DNA of 19,118 bases from NCBI GenBank assembly GCA_044358425.1, contig CP054849.1, positions 16,378-35,495 on the forward strand. The letters run 5' to 3'. Position numbers and translations under genes: made by a program. The notes under the pieces are model-generated. The model had not been told where the DNA came from. It was given only the letters and a program-made list of their open reading frames with translations, and ran no database searches. Origin of the DNA: Marine Group I thaumarchaeote (GTDB lineage: Archaea; Thermoproteota; Nitrososphaeria; Nitrososphaerales; Nitrosopumilaceae). This document shows, in pieces, positions 16,786 to 19,118 of the stretch; the first letter of the stretch is position 1, and each line of letters starts with the position of its first letter.

Positions 16786-17268
16786 TTGGCCAAATTTAAA
16801 AAGAAAAAATCAGCACCTACGCCTGGAAATGATGATTCTAAACCTAAAATTGAAGAAAATATTGATATTCCTGAAACCGAAAATACTCCTCCTCCTACAA
16901 GTAATTCAAAAGAACCATCAAAAGATCCACCAATTAACGCTGCAGAAAAAAGTGAAAAGGATAAAAAATTAGCTAAATTATTTTGGATGCGTATTGCTTT
17001 AGGAGTTATTGCAGGTATTGCAACTACTTTTATTTTTGAAGACATTGAAGGTGAAGAAAGAAGATGGGCATCAATTGGATTTATGATAATAGTATTTTTT
17101 GGTTCAATAATAGTTGCTAAAGGAATGAATATGCAATTACCATCATCAGATAGAAAAAAAATTGTTACACAAGGTATAGGTAGCTACGTATTTTTGTATT
17201 TGTTTACATGGATTGTAAGTTATACATTAACACACCTTGGAGATATCTCTACAGGAATTAATTTATAA
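16786..17268 (+). CDS. EMC6-like three-TM membrane protein with a disordered N-terminal extension
   Basis: TM1 FWMRIALGVIAGI, TM2 IGFMIIVF and TM3 TQGIGSYVFLYLFTWIVSYTL resemble the EMC6/Rab5ip pattern. The first ~60 aa are rich in P, K, E and S. Confidence 0.65.
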   Translation: MAKFKKKKSAPTPGNDDSKPKIEENIDIPETENTPPPTSNSKEPSKDPPINAAEKSEKDKKLAKLFWMRIALGVIAGIATTFIFEDIEGEERRWASIGFMIIVFFGSIIVAKGMNMQLPSSDRKKIVTQGIGSYVFLYLFTWIVSYTLTHLGDISTGINL

Positions 17269-17294
17269 TTAAATTTTGAATAGGACGAATCTTT

Positions 17295-17885
17295 ATGTGG
17301 AATTATAAAACACCTGGCATTCCTGATGAACATTTTGAACGTGCTGAAAAAGTTCCAATTACTAAAGAAGAAGTAAGAACTATTCAACTCAGTAAAGCTA
17401 GATTGAAACCAGGTCAAATCGTTTATGATATTGGTTGTGGTAGTGGCTCTATTTCTGTAGAGGCTGGAATTCAAATTGAATCAACTGGAAAAGTGTTAGC
17501 AATTGATTATGATGAAAATGCTGTCGAATTAACTAAAAAGAATTTAAAAAAATTTAATCTTTCAAATGTTTCTGTACTTTTTGGAAATGCTAAAGAAAAA
17601 ATATCTGATTTAGAAATAGCAGATGTTATTTTTATTGGAGGTACAGGTGGTGACACTAGTGATATTGTCAAACTTTCTGAAAATAAACTAAAAACCGGTG
17701 GTAGGATAGTAATTGGAATTATCCTAATTGAAACATTATATTCTGTTTTACAAATTCTTGACACTCTAAAGTTTGATTCTATTGATATTACACAAGTCAC
17801 TATTTCTAAGAGCAGAAAAACTACTACTGGTACTATGATGTTAGCTAGAAATCCAGTCACTATAATATCTGCTACAAAAGTCTAA
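17295..17885 (+). CDS. cbiT: Cobalt-precorrin-6B C15-methyltransferase (decarboxylating)
   Basis: PGIPDEHF, PITKEEVR, SAM motif DIGCGSGS, FIGGTGG and ARNPV. Confidence 0.93.
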   Translation: MWNYKTPGIPDEHFERAEKVPITKEEVRTIQLSKARLKPGQIVYDIGCGSGSISVEAGIQIESTGKVLAIDYDENAVELTKKNLKKFNLSNVSVLFGNAKEKISDLEIADVIFIGGTGGDTSDIVKLSENKLKTGGRIVIGIILIETLYSVLQILDTLKFDSIDITQVTISKSRKTTTGTMMLARNPVTIISATKV

Positions 17886-17923
17886 TCTACATTGAATTGC
17901 TTTCATAAACAATTTTGTGCCTA

Positions 17924-17939
17924 GAAATCAATTGATTTC
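17924..17939. promoter_or_regulatory. Perfect 16-bp palindrome GAAATCAATTGATTTC, candidate operator over the BRE/TATA region
   Basis: Self-complementary by inspection and immediately followed by ATAAATA (17940-17946). Confidence 0.45.
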
Positions 17940-17956
17940 ATAAATATGGCATATTA

Positions 17957-19093
17957 TTGAGAATGATATTGAAATCTGTATTCATTATTGCAATAGTAAC
18001 AGTTACTATGATTGGTGTTATGGTTCCAAGCGTTTTTGCGCAACAGTTTGAAGATTTTGATTATACTATTCGAGGTGGAGAAGTTTTAAAATTTGAATTA
18101 GATTCAGATAATACAGCTTTACTAATTTCCATTGATGCAAGGGCAAGAGGAGAATTAATCATAACATTACCTAGAGCCATAATTGATGCAAAAATAGGTT
18201 CTGAGGATACTGATTTTGATGTGTTTATTCGTGGAATGCAAATTTCTTCATATGAAGAAACCATTACTCCTTATGACAGAACAGTCACCATTCCTTTCAA
18301 AAGATCAAATGATGAATTATCTATTGTTGGAACACACATATTTTCACAACCTGCAGTTACAATGCAGACGCAATCAATAGAGCAAATGCTACAATCAGAA
18401 TTAAATGAAGAGATACCTAGTAGACAAGCAAAATTATTGATATTCTCAGATACGGAATGGGCTGGTGCATTTCAATCTTCAAACATAGACTTTACTGAAA
18501 TAGCTGGTCAAAATAATGAAGATGTTATTTTTGAATGCAATTCTAGTATGGGAAGTCAAGCTCTATTTGGTGCAAAAATTCAAAAACTAACACAAGAAGG
18601 TTATTTAGAACTTTTTGTTATTCAAAATCAAAAAATATTATCACAGGGTTCTACTGAAGCAAGTTTTGGCGAAGTATACATTACAGATAATTGTTTATCT
18701 AATTCTGGTCCTACACCTGTCCCTGATGGTGGAGGTTGTCTGATAGCTACAGCAACTTATGGTTCTGAAATGTCACAACAAGTTCAACAATTAAGAGAAC
18801 TAAGAGACAATCAATTGTTACAAACAGAATCTGGTAAACAATTCATGGGAATGTTCAACGACATTTACTATTCATTCTCACCAACAATTGCAGATTACGA
18901 GCGTGAAAATCCACACTTCAAAGAAGCAGTAAAGCTTGCAATTACCCCGATGATCAGTTCATTGTCTTTAATGGAAAATGCTGAATCAGAATCTGAAGTT
19001 TTGAGCATTGGAATTTCAGTAATTGCACTAAACTTGGCAATGTACCTAGGAGTTCCTGCTATTGTAATTATTGGAATTAGAAAACAATTCTAG
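17957..19093 (+). CDS. Secreted/surface protein with a C-terminal CFI-box-CTERM domain; start may be 17963 or 17969
   Basis: Signal peptide ending in VFA|Q. Beta-rich domain (GELIITLPRAIID...RTVTIPF). GGGCLIATATYGSE..QVQQLRELRD, FNDIYYSFSP, and a terminal TM with RK. Confidence 0.85.
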   Translation: MRMILKSVFIIAIVTVTMIGVMVPSVFAQQFEDFDYTIRGGEVLKFELDSDNTALLISIDARARGELIITLPRAIIDAKIGSEDTDFDVFIRGMQISSYEETITPYDRTVTIPFKRSNDELSIVGTHIFSQPAVTMQTQSIEQMLQSELNEEIPSRQAKLLIFSDTEWAGAFQSSNIDFTEIAGQNNEDVIFECNSSMGSQALFGAKIQKLTQEGYLELFVIQNQKILSQGSTEASFGEVYITDNCLSNSGPTPVPDGGGCLIATATYGSEMSQQVQQLRELRDNQLLQTESGKQFMGMFNDIYYSFSPTIADYERENPHFKEAVKLAITPMISSLSLMENAESESEVLSIGISVIALNLAMYLGVPAIVIIGIRKQF

Positions 19094-19118
19094 AAAAATC
19101 ACATTTCCAAACTATCAA

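Noticed and set aside
16724-18264. ORFs 16724..16972, 16773..17045, 17220..17474, 17507..17860 and 18061..18264
   Set aside because: They overlap better-supported genes in other frames or strands and have no recognisable features.
1-19118. CRISPR array, IS/transposase, integrase, provirus, rRNA, frameshifted pseudogene
   Set aside because: I saw no regularly spaced repeats, terminal inverted repeats, recombinase motifs or long GC-rich RNA tracts by eye. The recognised genes appear full length.

Overview
This is an AT-rich (roughly <30% GC by eye), gene-dense chromosomal segment. Its gene content and protein style point to a marine ammonia-oxidising archaeon (Nitrososphaerota, Nitrosopumilaceae-like; inference). 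Most of it is housekeeping: preQ0/archaeosine precursor genes (queE, folE, queC), thrB, a GPN-loop GTPase, a UPF0104 flippase-like protein, an SDR, a GT28-like glycosyltransferase, a degenerate ThiI-like protein, APS reductase and ATP sulfurylase, endonuclease III, two-subunit aconitase X, an Rqc2/NEMF homologue, an EMC6-like membrane protein, cbiT and a CFI-box-CTERM surface protein. I saw no mobile element, CRISPR array, tRNA or rRNA. The most notable unexplained item is a 54% GC structured intergenic element (7399-7466) with box C/K-turn-like and GNRA motifs, directly upstream of an uncharacterised Zn-finger plus OB-fold-like gene pair. Other items worth checking are a ThiI with a lost PP-loop divergent from the sulfate operon, a recurrent TGCCT(A) promoter-proximal motif, a probable bidirectional TATA box, frequent near-leaderless TTG/GTG starts, and a codon-shifted C-terminal module in the last gene. 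All calls come from motif recognition by eye; no searches were run.
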